Source: Clostridia bacterium (lineage in GTDB: Bacteria; Bacillota; Clostridia; TANB77; CAG-508). From it: DNA of 64,000 nt. The notes under the pieces are model-generated. The model ran no database searches, had not been told where the DNA came from, and saw only the letters and a program-made list of their open reading frames with translations. Positions 22,409 through 33,118 of the stretch are shown one piece after another (position 1 is the first letter of the stretch; each line of letters opens with the position of its first letter). The stretch is from assembly GCA_900759475.1 (NCBI GenBank), contig CAAEVK010000008.1:4018-68017 (forward strand), read 5' to 3'. The position numbers and the translations under genes are program-made.

Positions 22409-23839
22409 TTATATTTTAATAACTCCGCCAATCATTCTACTTAAAGCACTTTGAGCTGCTAATTCTGTTTTTCCACCAGATACAATAATGCAATCATCTG
22501 TTGTTATTATTCCTTCTGCTTTTAAATTTTCTATAGCCTTTTCTAATATTTTTTCAATATTATCCCCTTCTTCTTTTACAAGAATTGGTCTAATATTCCA
22601 GCTTAATCCTAATTGACGATAAGTAATTTCGTTTTTTGTTACCGCATATATTGGGCATTGTGGGCCAAAGCTAGAAATTAGTCTTGGTGTATCTCCACAC
22701 TCTGTATAAGTTAAAATTAGTTTTGCTTCTACATTCATAGCACTAGCACATATAGAATGGTTAATATGAAATTCATAATTATTACTTGGCTCTTCATACA
22801 CTCTATTTCTAAATCTTTTCCAATATTTAATTGTACTTTCTACTTTTTTTGCAATAGTATCCATTGTTTTTACACATTCAACAGGAAATTTTCCCATAGC
22901 AGTTTCTCCTGATAGCATAATAGCTGAACTTCCATCAAACACAGCATTTGCTACATCACTTACCTCTGCTCTTGTTGGTCTTGGATTATCACACATTGAT
23001 TCTAACATTTGTGTTGCTGTAATAACTGGTTTTCCTGCTCTATATGTTTTTTTAATGAATTGTTTTTGCAAAACTGGCACTTCTTCCATTGGAATTTCTA
23101 CTCCTAAATCTCCACGTGCCACCATAATTCCATCTGATACTTCTAGGATTTTGTCAAAATTATCTATTCCTTCTCTGTTTTCTATTTTAGAAATAATTTT
23201 AATATGTTCTCCGTGATTTTGTTTTAACACTTCTCTAATAGCTAAAACATCTGTTGGTTTTCTGACAAAAGAGGCTGCTATGTAATCAAACCCAACTTTT
23301 ATGCCATATTTAATATCTTCTTCATCTTTTTGTGTTATGCTTGGCAAATTTAATATAAGATTTGGAATGTTTATACTTTTTGTATTTGTTAATTTTCCCC
23401 CATGAATTACTGTGCATATTATATCTTTATTGTTTATTTCTTTTACAGTTAATTCAATAGTTCCATCATTAACTAGTATTGTACTTCCAACAGATACGTC
23501 TTTATATAGTTCTTTGTAACTTACAGAAACCTCATTTTCATTTCCTAGTTTATCTTCATTTAGTAAAGTAAATGTTGCTCCATTTTCTAACATAATTCCA
23601 TTATTCTCAAATTTTCCAATTCTTATTTCAGGTCCTTTTGTATCTAATAGCAACGGAATTGGTAAACCTAATTCTGTCCTTACTTTTTTAAATAAATTGA
23701 TTCTTTCTTCTTGGTCTTGATAATTTCCATGTGAAAAATTAATTCTTCCTACGTTCATTCCAGCAAGCATTAGTCTTCTTAATTTTTCTTCGCTATCCAC
23801 TGCTGGTCCTAGTGTACAAACTATTTTTGTCTTTCTCAA
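22409..23839 (-). CDS. pyk: pyruvate kinase
   Basis: KIVCTLGPA, MVARGDLGVEIP motifs; TTG start. Confidence 0.9.
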   Translation of the reverse strand: MRKTKIVCTLGPAVDSEEKLRRLMLAGMNVGRINFSHGNYQDQEERINLFKKVRTELGLPIPLLLDTKGPEIRIGKFENNGIMLENGATFTLLNEDKLGNENEVSVSYKELYKDVSVGSTILVNDGTIELTVKEINNKDIICTVIHGGKLTNTKSINIPNLILNLPSITQKDEEDIKYGIKVGFDYIAASFVRKPTDVLAIREVLKQNHGEHIKIISKIENREGIDNFDKILEVSDGIMVARGDLGVEIPMEEVPVLQKQFIKKTYRAGKPVITATQMLESMCDNPRPTRAEVSDVANAVFDGSSAIMLSGETAMGKFPVECVKTMDTIAKKVESTIKYWKRFRNRVYEEPSNNYEFHINHSICASAMNVEAKLILTYTECGDTPRLISSFGPQCPIYAVTKNEITYRQLGLSWNIRPILVKEEGDNIEKILEKAIENLKAEGIITTDDCIIVSGGKTELAAQSALSRMIGGVIKI

Positions 23840-23918
23840 AATATTTCATTCCTTTCTTTGTTAGTTGTATATTTTTTACTATTCATTTTTTCCATGTAAT
23901 AATATATTCCATTTGTTA

Positions 23919-26488
23919 TTATTTTGTTATCCATTTTACTAAATTCATATTTTCTGCATCTAATAACATCTCATGCTTTGGCATAATTCTAAATGTATAG
24001 CCATAATTACCACCTGTATTTAATTCTATTTTTCCTGCAAAAGTATAGGTTTTACTTTCATCATCCTCGTTAATTAGTTTCATTGGAATAATACTAATGT
24101 TTTCTACTGTTCCATTTTCTAATATTTTTCCATAATATGTTTGGGCTTCTATATTTTCTACTGAAATATTTGGTAACTTTACACTACACATTACATCAAT
24201 ATTATTGCCTGCATCTATGGTAATATTGTCTAAATTATTAATTTGTGATATTTCAATATCCTCCCAATTAGCAACAGTATTTTCTTTCCAAGCATTATAT
24301 TCTGTTACCAAGTCCAATTTACTAAAGTATTTATTTGTTAAGTTACAAAGTGGCATATAGAGTTTCTCTGTATAGTCCACTAACATTCTTGATGTACTAA
24401 ATCTTCCTCCTGTACTAATAATAGAATTCTTCATTAATTTAATCCATTGACTTGATAAGCCATTTTTATCTTTATTATAATATGCTGGTATAATTTTACT
24501 TTCTAATGTTGTATAAATGCTTTCACTGTCAGCTAAATCTTGTGCTTCATAAGATTCATATTCATCATTTGTTCCAATTGCCCAACCATTTTTCTGGTTG
24601 TATCCTTCTGCCCACCATCCATCTAATACACTAAAGTTTACTACTCCATTAATAGATGCTTTTTGACCACTTGTTCCTGATGCTTCCATTGGTCTTCTAG
24701 GATTATTTAACCATACATCTACACCACTTATTAAATATCTTGCCATGGCAATGTTGTAATCTTCTAACAAAAAGATTTTTCCTTTAAATTGTGGCATAGC
24801 AGATATTTCATGAATATATTTAATTAAATCTTGTCCTTCTTTATCTGCTGGATGTGCCTTTCCTGCAAATATAATTTGAACTGGTCTTTTTTCGTCATTT
24901 AATATTTGTGTAATTCTTTCTAAATCTTTGAAAATAAGAGTTGCTCTTTTATAAGTAGCAAATCTTCTAGCAAAACCTATTGTTAGTACATCTGTTTTTA
25001 ATTCTGGTACCATATCTTTTATTGTGTCATAACTAGTCCCTGATTTCCTTAATCGATTTGTTAAATTATTTTTAGCTAAATCCAATAATTTTTCTTTTCT
25101 CTTCATATGTTCAGCCCATAGTTTTTCGTCTGGTATCGAATCAATTTTTTTCCAAACAGTGTCGTCATAAATAGCATCTTGCCAGTAAGGCATTAAATAT
25201 TTATTGTATAATTCTTTTATTCCCGGTGCTAGCCAAGAACAAGTATGTACTCCATTTGTTACATAAGTAATTGGTGATTCATTAGCTGCTATTGCAGGCC
25301 ATATATCTCCAAATAATTCTCTTGATACAGCGCCATGTAATTTACTTACTCCGGTTCTTCTTTCCTGCAATTTTTAGGGCTAGTATTCCCATATTAAATC
25401 CATTTTCTAGTTCTCCATTTTTGGTATTCATTCCTAGTTTTAAAAATTCTTCTCTTGAAAGTCCTATTCTTCCCCAGAAATTTTTAAAGTATTTTTCTAC
25501 TAATGCTATATCAAATATATCGTTTCCTGCCGGAACTGGAGTATGAGTAGTAAATACTGTTTTAGCAGTTACAATTTCTTTGGCAATATGAAAAGATACT
25601 TGCTTTTCTGCCATAATATTTTTGATTAATTCAATGGTAACAAACGAAGAATGTCCCTCATTCATATGATAAACAGTTGGATTTAATCCCAATTTTTGAA
25701 GGAGATTTACTCCACCCATTCCAAGAACAATTTCTTGTTGGATTCTCATTTCTCTGTCTCCACCATATAAACGTAAAGTAACATTTCTATAATCATCTGT
25801 ATTTTGGTCAATATCAGAATCTAATAAATATAGTGTTACTCTTCCTACATTAATTTTCCACACTTTTAAGTAAATTTTTTTTCTTGGAAATCTTATATTA
25901 ATAATTAATTCTTCTTCATTTTCGTCTACAACTGGAATAATTGGCAAATTATACAAATCAATATTTTTATACTCTGTTTCTTGTACACCATGGCCATTAA
26001 TTTTTTGATGAAAATATCCGTTTTTATATAATAGCCCTACTGCTACAAAAGGTAAGCCTAAATCACTTGCTGATTTTAAATGATCCCCAGATAAAATTCC
26101 GTAATCCTCCTGAATAAATTGGCAATATTTCATCTAGTCCATATTCTGCTGAAAAATAAGCAATTAAGTCATTTTTGTTGTTAGGATATTTTTTAGAAAA
26201 CCATGTATTTTTACTGTTCATATATCCGTCAAAATCATCCACTATTTTATCATATTGTCTTAAAAAATCATTATCTGTTGTAATTTGTTCTAATTTGGAT
26301 TGCTCCACTAGTTTTAAAAATTTAACAGGATTTTTTCCACACTTTTCCCATAAATCCATGTCAATTTTTTTAAATAATTTTAAAAACTCCGTATTCCAAG
26401 ACCACCATAAATTTTGAGCAATTTCAGATAATCTTTCAATTCTTTTTGGTAATTGTGGGTTAACTGTTATTCTGTTAAAAACGTACAT
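23919..26488 (-). CDS. glgP: alpha-glucan (glycogen/maltodextrin) phosphorylase, GT35; one CDS if +1 at two CGG codons
   Basis: Three ORF fragments join as ...[22 protein letters not shown]... and ...LKIAGKKN-G-VSKLHGAVSREL...; PLP region EASGTSGQKA. Confidence 0.85.
25351..25353 (-). other. glgP: in-frame CGG, inferred +1 recoding site (glgP site 2)
   Basis: AAC CGG A; restores NGVSKLHG. Confidence 0.8.
26099..26101 (-). other. glgP: in-frame CGG, inferred +1 recoding site (glgP site 1)
   Basis: TTA CGG A, codon 130; restores the SGGLGxLxGDH motif. Confidence 0.8.
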
Positions 26489-26525
26489 TAATATTTTCCT
26501 CCTTTGTATTTTTTATTGTTCTTAT

Positions 26526-27230
26526 TTAATTTTCTTTGTTCTTTGTTTTTCTAACAATAGCAATGGTTACTAAAACAATAATTAGTATTACTAAAATAAT
26601 TCCTACAAATAGAATAGGATTACTTACAATGCCTGATGGTTTTTCTAGTATTTCATCAAATTGGATTGTATCTACTATTTCCTTTAGTTCTTCTTGTTTT
26701 ACATTAGAATACTTACTATTTAATGTTATTGTAATTGCTCTTCCATTTACAATAGTGTAATACTGGTATATGGTTGTTGTTCCGCTCTTAAATATAGTAT
26801 ATATGTATTTTATTCCATTTTTTTCGTAAACTTCTTGTTCTTGTTTTTGTGCACCATTAGCAGCATTAACAATTTCTTGTTTTACATCTTCTATTTCTGC
26901 ATCATTTAAAGATGCTAAATGATAATTACTCTTTGTTCTTGCATTTTCAATTACTGCAATAATTAATTCTTTAGATAAATTACTGCTAATTCCATTATAT
27001 ACTATTCCATTTTGCGTATATTGGCTCTTTAATTCATCCTTTGTTGTTTTTAGTACTGTTTCGTAATAAGTAAGTTTTGTATCATTTTTATCTACTCCTG
27101 CTTTTAAGTCGTAATATTCTTCTGGTACTTCTATTTTCATTCCCATTTCTGGGAACTCTACTGCTAAAATAGTTATTGTGTTAGTTAAAAGTATAATTGT
27201 TAGAATAAATGCTACTATTATTTTCTTCAT
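26526..27230 (-). CDS. hypothetical exported protein with C-terminal TM anchor
   Basis: N-terminal signal-like helix and C-terminal ILFVGIILVILIIVLVTIAIV. Confidence 0.45.
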   Translation of the reverse strand: MKKIIVAFILTIILLTNTITILAVEFPEMGMKIEVPEEYYDLKAGVDKNDTKLTYYETVLKTTKDELKSQYTQNGIVYNGISSNLSKELIIAVIENARTKSNYHLASLNDAEIEDVKQEIVNAANGAQKQEQEVYEKNGIKYIYTIFKSGTTTIYQYYTIVNGRAITITLNSKYSNVKQEELKEIVDTIQFDEILEKPSGIVSNPILFVGIILVILIIVLVTIAIVRKTKNKEN

Positions 27231-27294
27231 TTTTAGTTCTCCTTTTTTATATTTTTTTCATATTTATTATAAACATTAAACAAAAAGTTGTAAA

Positions 27295-27979
27295 CTATTT
27301 TAATAAATCTTTTACAACTTCTCCTGCAATAATTAAACCAGCAACTGATGGAACAAAGGAAATACTCCCTAGTGTTCTTGTGTTTGTTTTTTTAGGTTCT
27401 TCTTTGGAGTATACTACTTTTAATGTTTGAATTCCTCTTTTTTTTAATTCTTTCCTCATTCTTTTAGCCAATGGACACATTTGAGTTTGATAAATATCTT
27501 CTACTTCTAGCATAGATGGATTTAATTTATTACCAGTACCCATACAAGAAATAATAGGAATAGAATATCTGCCGAGCCATTACTGCTAAACTAATTTTAG
27601 CAGTAATATTATCTACTGCATCTACAATATAAGAATAGGAAGCATCAATTAATTCTTCGGCATTATTAGGTAAATACATTTCTTTTATTGTTTTTATTTT
27701 TACATTAGGATTAATTGCTAACATTCTATTTTTCATTACTTCTACTTTATCTTTTCCAATTGTAGTATGGTCTGCATGAATTTGTCTATTTAAATTTGTT
27801 AAAGAAATAATGTCTTTGTCTATTAATACAAACTTACCTATTCCTGCCCTTACTAATCCTTCTGCCACAAAAGATCCTACTCCGCCAATTCCAAAAATAG
27901 CAATTTTTGCGTTTTGCAGTTTTTGCAAGCCCTCTTTTCCTATTAACATTTCTGTTCTCGAAAATTGATTTTCTTCCAT
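27295..27979 (-). CDS. ThiF/TcdA-family E1-like enzyme (tRNA threonylcarbamoyladenosine dehydratase-like); one CDS if +1 at CGG
   Basis: IAIFGIGGVGSF nucleotide-binding motif; junction ...LAVMA-G-RYSIPIISCMGTGNKLNP. Confidence 0.75.
27572..27574 (-). other. in-frame CGG, inferred +1 recoding site (ThiF/TcdA-like)
   Basis: GCT CGG C, codon 136; the only CGGC case. Confidence 0.7.
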
Positions 27980-27982
27980 TAT

Positions 27983-28627
27983 TTAATTTTTACGCTTTCC
28001 AAAAATTGATAATAATCTTAAGAAAATATTAATAAAGTCAAGATAAATTTCCATAGCCCCATATATGTGTAATTTATTTTCTGGAATAATATCTGCATAT
28101 TGTAGTTGTTTAATTTTTTGAATGTCGTAAGCTGTTATTCCAAAAAATGCTACTAAAACCACCCAAGAAATCACAATATCAAAAGTAGGATTTCCAATAA
28201 ATAAATTAATAAGACTTGAAATAACTCCTGCAAAAAGAAGTCCATATAACATTGGTGCAAATTTATTTAAATTCATATTTGTTTTATAGCCTAAAAAGCC
28301 CATAATTGCAAAAGCAATAGCTGCAGTAAAGAAACATAGGTAAATAGAACTCATGTCAAACACAGCAAATATTGTAGATAAACTAATTCCATTAATAATA
28401 GCATAAACAAAATACAAAATAGCTACCATCATTGGTTTTAATTTTCTAAATAATAATGAAAATAGTAACACAACAACTACTTCTACAATCAATAAAATTG
28501 TAAAAGTATTATTAATGATAAAATTTAAAAATAATCCTGATGAATATGTGTACCAAGATACAATACCTGTTACTAATAATCCTAAAAACATCCATAAAAA
28601 TGTTTTACTTAAAACTTTATTATCCAT
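27983..28627 (-). CDS. BAX inhibitor-1/YccA family membrane protein
   Basis: 7-TM pattern; start MDNKVLSKTF after the RBS gaagga. Confidence 0.7.
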   Translation of the reverse strand: MDNKVLSKTFLWMFLGLLVTGIVSWYTYSSGLFLNFIINNTFTILLIVEVVVVLLFSLLFRKLKPMMVAILYFVYAIINGISLSTIFAVFDMSSIYLCFFTAAIAFAIMGFLGYKTNMNLNKFAPMLYGLLFAGVISSLINLFIGNPTFDIVISWVVLVAFFGITAYDIQKIKQLQYADIIPENKLHIYGAMEIYLDFINIFLRLLSIFGKRKN

Positions 28628-28904
28628 AACATTTTCCTTCTTTCTTATAATGATAGATATTATTTTATCTCTTTTCAAAAAAAAAAGCAATTCTTTTTAT
28701 TGCTTTTTTTTTGAATTTTTATTGTTATTTTAACTAATTGGTTATAATGATTTTACTTTAGTTTGTAGTTATTATATTAATATTACTTTTATTTAATAAA
28801 AATTCAATATTTTTTATAAACTGTTAATTTCACTATACACTAACTTATATTAAATCAACATTAACTTCAATCAATATGAAACAACTCTACTTACAAGCTA
28901 TTAG

Positions 28905-29348
28905 TTATAATGCGTCTGAAAGATTATGTTTATCTGTTACACCAACAAAAGTTTTTGTTGCTTCTCCATTTTTAAAAATAATCATAGTTGGAATACTCAT
29001 AACATTATATTGCATTGCTAAATCTTGATTTTTATCAATGTCCACTTTTACAACTTTTACATGAGTATTTTCTTCTGCAATATTTTCCAAAATTGGAGAC
29101 ATCATTTTACATGGACCACACCAAGTAGCATAAAAATCTACTAAAACGGTTTTTTCCGAATTAATTACCTCCTGTTGAAAATCTTTTGCCATAATTTCTG
29201 TTATGTTCATTTTATTTTCCTCCTTTTCACTTTGATTTATTTGTTCTTTTGTATAAGAATTTATAATATAGTTATACACAATTGTAAGTGTAATTATAAC
29301 ACCAATAAATGCAATAATTTGTAAAACTAACTTTTTCTTTTTATCCAT
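28905..29348 (-). CDS. membrane-anchored thioredoxin
   Basis: N-terminal TM helix plus WCGPC. Confidence 0.8.
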   Translation of the reverse strand: MDKKKKLVLQIIAFIGVIITLTIVYNYIINSYTKEQINQSEKEENKMNITEIMAKDFQQEVINSEKTVLVDFYATWCGPCKMMSPILENIAEENTHVKVVKVDIDKNQDLAMQYNVMSIPTMIIFKNGEATKTFVGVTDKHNLSDAL

Positions 29349-29394
29349 ATTTATTATTTCCTCACTTCCTTATATGTAATGTATTGTAACATAT

Positions 29395-30024
29395 TTAAAA
29401 TATAATAACAATTCCACTAAATATTAAAACGATTCCTGCCATTTTGTTAATTATATTATAATGCTTTTTAATAAAATTAAAAGTTGTTTTTAGTTTTTCT
29501 AAAAATGCAGCTGTTATTATAAATGGAATTCCTAGTCCTAATGAATATAATAATAGCATAATAATTCCTTGTAAAATACTACCATATGTTGCACTCATTA
29601 ATAAAGCAGAGCTTAAAAATACGCCCACACAAGGTGTCCAACAAACAGAAAACAACATTCCAAACAAAATAGCAGAAAAAAAGCTTATATCTTTTTTAGT
29701 TTGTTTTATTCCTTTTGTTTTATCTAATAATTTAATATGAAATATTCCCATATAGTGTAGTCCAAATAGTATAACAATTATTCCCATTGCAATGTTAATA
29801 TAATTATTATAATTTTGAATTATTTTTCCTAAAGTGCTAGCAAATACCCCCAATAATATAAATAGTATAGTAAATCCTAGTACAAAACCTATTGCATTTA
29901 TCATTGTCTTTTTTATACTTTTATCTTGTCCTGCAAAATAAGATATATACATTGGTAACATCGGTAATACACAGGGAGATATAAAAGATGCAAATCCTTC
30001 TACAAAAATTAATAAATAATCCAT
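29395..30024 (-). CDS. ccdA: CcdA/DsbD-family thiol-disulfide electron transporter
   Basis: SPCVLPMLP and WTPCVG motifs, 6 TM. Confidence 0.8.
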   Translation of the reverse strand: MDYLLIFVEGFASFISPCVLPMLPMYISYFAGQDKSIKKTMINAIGFVLGFTILFILLGVFASTLGKIIQNYNNYINIAMGIIVILFGLHYMGIFHIKLLDKTKGIKQTKKDISFFSAILFGMLFSVCWTPCVGVFLSSALLMSATYGSILQGIIMLLLYSLGLGIPFIITAAFLEKLKTTFNFIKKHYNIINKMAGIVLIFSGIVIIF

Positions 30025-30026
30025 TT

Positions 30027-30887
30027 TTATCCTCTTTTTAAATATTGTATAGCAGTAAGTCCTGCTTTCATTCCTTCATATACTGCTTTTGTTATTTGGA
30101 ATATTCCTCCTGTACAGTCTCCACAAGCATACATTCCGGCAATATTCGTTTCCATATTTTCGTTTACAACAATAGAATCTTTTTTTAAAAGAAGTCCTAA
30201 TTTTTTAGCAAAATCACTACTATTTGCTATTCCTTGTGCAATAAATATTCCATCCACCTTTAAACTTGTATTATCTGAAAACTGTACTTCTTCCACTCTT
30301 TCTTGTCCTCTAATTTCTTTTATTGGTTTTGTATTTATTTTTACATTATCTGCTCTAAATTCTGGTGCCGGTTCTCCATTAGTTAAAAGTTCTATTTTTT
30401 GTACAACGTTTAATAAATCGTTTACTTCCGAAATTGCATAATTGCCATTACCTAGAACTGCTACTGTTTTATTACGATAAAAGAAGCCATCACATATAGC
30501 ACAATAGCTAATTCCTTTTCCTTCAAATTGATTAATCCCTTGTATATTGGGTTTATTTTTTTTGCTACCTGTTGCTAAAATAACTGTCTTTGACTTATAT
30601 ACATGATTGGTTGTTGTTATTTTAAAACTAATTTCTTCTTTTTCTAGTTTAATTACTTCTTCTTTTTTTACTTCTACTCCTAAATTTTGTGCTTGCCTAA
30701 TTCCTGATAGATATAATGTATTGCCAGCAATTCCATCTTCAAATCCATAATAATTCTCTATTTTTTCCGCATTTTGCAAACTTGTTTCTTGATAATAAAT
30801 AACAAGTGTTTTTAAATTGGCCCTTTTGGTATATAAACTAGCTGCTATTCCAGCAGGTCCTGCTCCTATAATTATTACATCAAACAT
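30027..30887 (-). CDS. thioredoxin-disulfide reductase-like FAD/NAD(P) oxidoreductase
   Basis: DVIIIGAGPAG, CAICDG redox motif, GDCTGG. Confidence 0.75.
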   Translation of the reverse strand: MFDVIIIGAGPAGIAASLYTKRANLKTLVIYYQETSLQNAEKIENYYGFEDGIAGNTLYLSGIRQAQNLGVEVKKEEVIKLEKEEISFKITTTNHVYKSKTVILATGSKKNKPNIQGINQFEGKGISYCAICDGFFYRNKTVAVLGNGNYAISEVNDLLNVVQKIELLTNGEPAPEFRADNVKINTKPIKEIRGQERVEEVQFSDNTSLKVDGIFIAQGIANSSDFAKKLGLLLKKDSIVVNENMETNIAGMYACGDCTGGIFQITKAVYEGMKAGLTAIQYLKRG

Positions 30888-30912
30888 ATTCTCCTCCACT
30901 TTATATTATATG

Positions 30913-31494
30913 TTAATTTTTTGCTAAATATTTTTCTAATTGTTTTAATGCTATACTTCTACTACTAATCCTATTTTTTTCTTCTAATGATATTTCTGCT
31001 AATGTCTGTCCATTTTCTAATTCAAATATTTCGTCAAATCCAAAACCATTTTTCCCTCTTTTATCTTCTGCAATTCTTCCTTGTAATATGCCAGTAAATA
31101 CTTTTTCTTTGCCATTTGGTTCTACTAAAGCAATACAAGTTATAACACAAGCTGTTCTTTTAGACTTTTTAACCTCTTTTAGTTTTTTTAATAAATAATC
31201 ATTTCTTTCTTCCTGTGTTTTTTCTTTTCCTAAAAATCTCGCTGTTTTTACTCCTGGAAATCCATTTAGTACATCAATGCATAAACCACTATCATCTGCA
31301 ATACAAATTTTATTAGTTACCCTCGCTATTTCTTTTGCTTTTTTTAATGCATTTTCTGCAAATGTATATTTGTCTTCTTCTACTTCTATATGGCATTTTA
31401 TATCTTTTAAAGATACAATTTCATAACTTGTTATTATTTGTCTTATTTCTCTTAATTTTTCTAAATTATTTGTCGCTACTATTATCTGTTTCAT
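30913..31494 (-). CDS. XTP/dITP diphosphatase (RdgB/HAM1)
   Basis: IIVATNNLEKLREI, FGFDEIF. Confidence 0.75.
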   Translation of the reverse strand: MKQIIVATNNLEKLREIRQIITSYEIVSLKDIKCHIEVEEDKYTFAENALKKAKEIARVTNKICIADDSGLCIDVLNGFPGVKTARFLGKEKTQEERNDYLLKKLKEVKKSKRTACVITCIALVEPNGKEKVFTGILQGRIAEDKRGKNGFGFDEIFELENGQTLAEISLEEKNRISSRSIALKQLEKYLAKN

Positions 31495-31557
31495 TTCTAT
31501 AATTCCTTTCAACAACTGGATTTGTACGTCTTTTATTTGAACATAATACGAAACATT

Positions 31558-32671
31558 TTACTCCTTACTTTTTTGAATTGGTTTTATTTTTCTTTTCATT
31601 TGAATTTTAGGTTTAGGAATATTTTTTCCTGCTACTTTTAAAAATATGTTTATTGTTTTTACTATCATTTCTTTAGTTTGTTCATCCATACTTTGATAAG
31701 TTTTTATCATTGTTAACGCATTAGTAAATTTTTTATCTTTTAATTCACAAAGCATTTGAACCTTTGTTTGTCCTAATATTTCAAAAAGAGTATCTATAAA
31801 TTTTTCCCTTTGTTCTACACTTACTTCTTGTAACCAATTAGTAATTGTTTTATCAATAAATTCGCTAGAATTTGTCAACTTGTCTTCTATAAATTTATCA
31901 CCCATCACTTGCCAGGTATATAAATCATGTTGCATAATTCCGCTTTGTATGCTTTTTACTATAGTACACTTTTCTTTGTGTTCTAATAACCTTCCTATAA
32001 TAGAACTCTGTGGAATATAGGTATGAATTAGTGGAAGTATTCTTTTATATTCTTTACTTTGGATTACATTTGGATAAAATCCTGGTCCATCATTATTATA
32101 TACATTTATAATTCTATCCTGCACCTTTGGATTACAGAAACTCGCTGCATATACTGCTAAGTTCCCGTCCTTTGGAATGTCCACCTACTCTTATTTTCTT
32201 TTTATATTTCCTTGCCATTTTATTTAAATAATCTACTGCATCTATTTGTGCTGGTACTAGTTGGCTAAAAGTCATGTTAAAATCTTCCTTCCAGCCAACA
32301 ATAGTATCGTCTGTTCCTCTATAGGCTATATACATGGTATTATCTGGTAATAAAATTGTGACACTCGAAAATTGTTTTTCCTGTTGGGGATCTATTTTAT
32401 TAATATACTCTACTAATTTTATTTCTCCAAATCGATTGCTTTTTGCTATTTTAGGAAATAATTCTATATCTTCTGCTTGTAAAATTCTTCCTGTTGTTCC
32501 TAATTTTTTGTATTTTTCATAGGTCTCTTGCAATGTAATTGGTTTATTGTCTACAATTTCATCTAATGGGAAATAAGATAATCTGCTTAAAATAAGATTA
32601 TCAATTTCATTAAATGGCACTTGCTTGATAGAAATATCTCTCCAGTTTATATAATCAAATATATTTGGCAT
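31558..32671 (-). CDS. DUF2974 (Mbeg1-like) alpha/beta hydrolase; one CDS if +1 at CGG
   Basis: N-terminus NIFDYINWRDIS; junction ...RVGGHSKG-G-NLAVYAASF restores the nucleophile-elbow region. Confidence 0.7.
32165..32167 (-). other. in-frame CGG, inferred +1 recoding site (DUF2974)
   Basis: GGA CGG G, codon 169. Confidence 0.75.
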
Positions 32672-32780
32672 CTTTTTTCTCCTTTTATTTAATTTATATC
32701 ATATAAAATTTAAATATACAATGTTTTAATTCGATATTTTATATATGCAATTATTTACTTTAGAATAAGTTATACCTAAA

Positions 32781-32809
32781 CAGGAGGAAGCTATATGAGC
32801 TTCCTCCTG
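32781..32809. terminator. 12-bp GC-rich stem hairpin downstream of the Cys-rich ORF
   Basis: caggaggaagct-atatg-agcttcctcctg, followed on the minus strand by TTT. Confidence 0.6.
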
Positions 32810-32822
32810 TTCGTTCTTTGTA

Positions 32823-33077
32823 TTATTCAAAGCACAAGCATGGACAATCGTCTGGAACTTCTGTTGGCTGTAATAGTGACACATTTTCTGCCACCACCAT
32901 TCCGGCATTTAAGGAACAAAGAAGTCTTACCTGCAAAAGATTTTGCAGTGTTTCTTTTTCCTCAATCTGATGAAACGGACATTGCCTGCAATTTCTGATT
33001 CTGCCCTTCCGAACAACTCTTGTTTTTCCACCTTTTCCAGAACCAACTAGCACCACCATTTCAAACGAATTTGCCAT
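32823..33077 (-). CDS. orphan Cys-rich small protein (84 aa in the 0 frame), GC-rich cassette downstream of cysK
   Basis: Near-perfect RBS taaggaggg 6 nt before the ATG. MANSFEMVVLVGSGKGGKT... then CRQC and a C-terminal CPCLC. In-frame CGG at 33009-33011. Confidence 0.45.
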   Translation of the reverse strand: MANSFEMVVLVGSGKGGKTRVVRKGRIRNCRQCPFHQIEEKETLQNLLQVRLLCSLNAGMVVAENVSLLQPTEVPDDCPCLCFE

Positions 33078-33118
33078 GGTTTACCCTCCTTATTAGGATG
33101 TATTGTTGGTATTATATA

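Noticed and set aside
32726-32998. Alternative ORFs 32726..32908 (-) and 32795..32998 (+) in the Cys-rich cassette
   Set aside because: Neither has an RBS. The minus-strand one runs through the terminator stem. The ORF at 32823..33077 has a near-perfect RBS.
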